From Macrostomum lignano (taxonomy: Eukaryota), in contig NIVC01000135.1 in assembly GCA_002269645.1 (NCBI GenBank), positions 1-64,000 of the forward strand: a stretch of 64,000 bases of DNA, given 5' to 3'. Positions 61,963-64,000 of this stretch are shown here, one piece after another. The notes under the pieces were generated by a model that saw nothing but the letters and a program-made list of their open reading frames with translations, did not search any database and was not told where the DNA came from. How positions within the stretch are numbered: position 1 is the first letter of the stretch; each line of letters opens with the position of its first letter. The translations under genes were made by a program, and so were the position numbers.

Positions 61963-63804
61963 TCAGGTGAGCATGAGAATCTCCAGCTGCTTGAAGCTGT
62001 ACAAGAACCCATCAGTGATATTTTTGGGAGCATTGCAAGCCCAGACGATGCCCTTGGCTCGGCTTTTAGCTGGTACATTCAGCGCTGTCGGGTAGTTGAA
62101 GTACCTGCCGAACGGACCGGAGTTGTGGCAGCAATTGTGCCAGTGAGGCTGCTGGTGAACAATCGCACAGTTGTGTATGCAGTTGTTCCATCCGCGATCT
62201 CGAGTGATGAACTGCCTGTTTTTCCTTTGAATTAGACAGTCCCTAAGGCCTCCAGCAGGCACGTGGGTGTAATCAGAAAACGTGTAGTTGGTGCTCTCGG
62301 CTTGAATGAGCACGTTCAGGTAGTAGGCGTAGATGTAGGCGTCGTTCCAGTACAGCAGGTCGACTCGGAACCGGTTGCTGCTGGGCTGAGCGCTGGTCCG
62401 TGCGTGCAGCCACTCCAGGCCTGAAATTCGCAGGTAATGAAATTGCGCTTTGGTTCTGATCTTAACAAGTGAACCAGTTGTCGATTCAGTGGCGCATCAA
62501 GCACATTAAGAAGAAGTCACATGAACACTGAGCCCATTTTTATTATTATTAGTAGAAAGCTACAAGCAGCACTTTCTGATACTATAAGACGATGTTTCAT
62601 GAGCTAAACCATTAAGACTTTCATTGCTGTCAATGATTCTTATTTCTTGCTTTTATTTTGTCGATACAGAAATTTATGACATCAAGGATAGAATATACAA
62701 TAAAAAGCTCCGCCTCACCAGCAAAGTAGTTGCCGTGATAAGTGCCGAAGCCGGTCTTGTACTCGGCCCAGAGCCGGTCGAAGTTCAGCGCGTCCGATAC
62801 TCGCAGGTTGACGGTCTCGAAGCACTGCTGAGTGCCCACAGTGTAGAACTCCTGAGTTTGGAGTTTGATGTGCAATGTAAAGAAACGTGTCTGCAGGGAT
62901 AGCCCTGATCAAGCAATGCTTTCCCAACACTCACATAGACGGCCAGCTCAGAGCTGCCCGGCGGCTGCTCGAACCAGCGGCACAGCGGGTAGTCGGTGAG
63001 CAGAGAGCAGCTGCTGGAGTTGAACACAATCCCGCGACAGGCCACCACCTCGCTGCACTTGTAAACGCAGCCAACGAGCGATGAGACAGCCGGCTGGTGC
63101 AGAAGGAATGCGGCGAAGATCTTCACCGAGTTGTTGGGAATGTGGACCCGCTTCAGAGTCACGTTCCGATCCACCAGGTACTCTGTGAGATGGATATTTG
63201 GGGTTGGATTCTATGGGAATTACGGTGAGAACAGGCTGCATCATCGCTGAAACAAGCTGGATTGCATCAACATTTTCATGCTGGAACTCATCACCTTAAA
63301 AAGGTACTAAAACTCACTGCGCTCGGGGTCAGTGCCTCTGAGCAGCTGCTGCTCAAAGTCGCCAGCCTTCCAGATCTGCACACCGTACTCAGGCCGAATC
63401 TCCCTGGCAACAAAGCTGCTGCTGCTCAAGCCTGGCTCGCTCGCATTGTTGATTACGAGCACCTGGCATTCGAGGATCGCGGCTTCCTTGACGATTGCGA
63501 CAGCACATAACGTTGCCCAGCACTTCCACAGGCAGAAAACGCTTGATTGAATGCCTGTCGCGTTTAGCAGCTCGCTGCTCACGTAGCTGCCGATGCCGAT
63601 GAAGCCGCTGCTCACCCGATGATAGAAGCCTCCGGTGACGGCGCTAGGGTCTGCGGCGGAGACCACAGCTGAAAGGGGTGTGAGTGAGCAGTGAGTGAGT
63701 AGAGTCTCTCCATCAAGGTGGCACCATTTTCATGCAGACTCACCCGTGAGCAGCTGGCACAGAAGCAGCTGCAGCGGCTCGGACCGCTTGGCTGTCAGCT
63801 TCAT
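61963..63804 (-). CDS. PAN-PAN-FBG gene copy 5 (intact, divergent FBG P subdomain)
   Basis: Exons 63804-63744, 63668-63318, 63182-62935, 62851-62719, 62420-61963. FBG segment YTFSDYTHVPAGGLRDCLIQRKNRQFITRDRGWNNCIHNCAIVHQQPHWHNCCH. Confidence 0.88.
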
Positions 63805-64000
63805 CGCAGGCAGCTGAGTTGCTGGGCAGATTTTACAGTCAGCGATCGGCTCTGCTGATGCGAGATGATCCGCGATGGAGCTCAGCTCCTGATGGGGCTC
63901 CTGAAATATGGGATTCTGCCGCCCCCAGAGCTGATAAATACAAGCTGGTTGCCAAGCGCCTGACAAACCGCACTTTCTCCACTGTACTCGGCGGCCCCGC

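Noticed and set aside
43198-62420. Diversity-generating retroelement explanation for the FBG variable region
   Set aside because: Differences are not adenine-restricted (e.g. gcc>gat, ggc>tgt, indels). There is no invariant template repeat or intact RT nearby.

Overview
Intron-rich animal genomic DNA with GC3-rich exons and AT-rich spacers. The style suggests a free-living flatworm such as Macrostomum; this is inference, not shown by the sequence. The window has three zones. (1) 1-4 kb: a decayed RNase H-bearing non-LTR retrotransposon, a foldback element and an intact hAT-type MITE with an 8-bp TSD. (2) 5.2-27.2 kb: two conserved housekeeping genes on +, EFR3 (11 coding exons found, true start unresolved) and CSTF3/CstF-77 (9 exons). 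Every intron over ~290 bp carries a tandem repeat; every intron of 120 bp or less has none. (3) 28-64 kb: a 183-bp satellite built from one arm of an inverted-repeat element, then a tandem array on - of five complete genes plus one relic. These encode a predicted secreted ~417-aa protein: signal peptide, two PAN/apple-like domains and a fibrinogen C-terminal (FBG) domain. The copies are near-identical except for a hypervariable, AT3-shifted segment in the FBG ligand-binding P subdomain. They share variants in a mosaic pattern and are interleaved with a conserved RFX X-box module, Gypsy debris, a CORE-SINE and minisatellites. This diversifying PAN-PAN-FBG array is the best candidate for an undescribed recognition system. 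All exon models were spliced by eye; no databases were searched.
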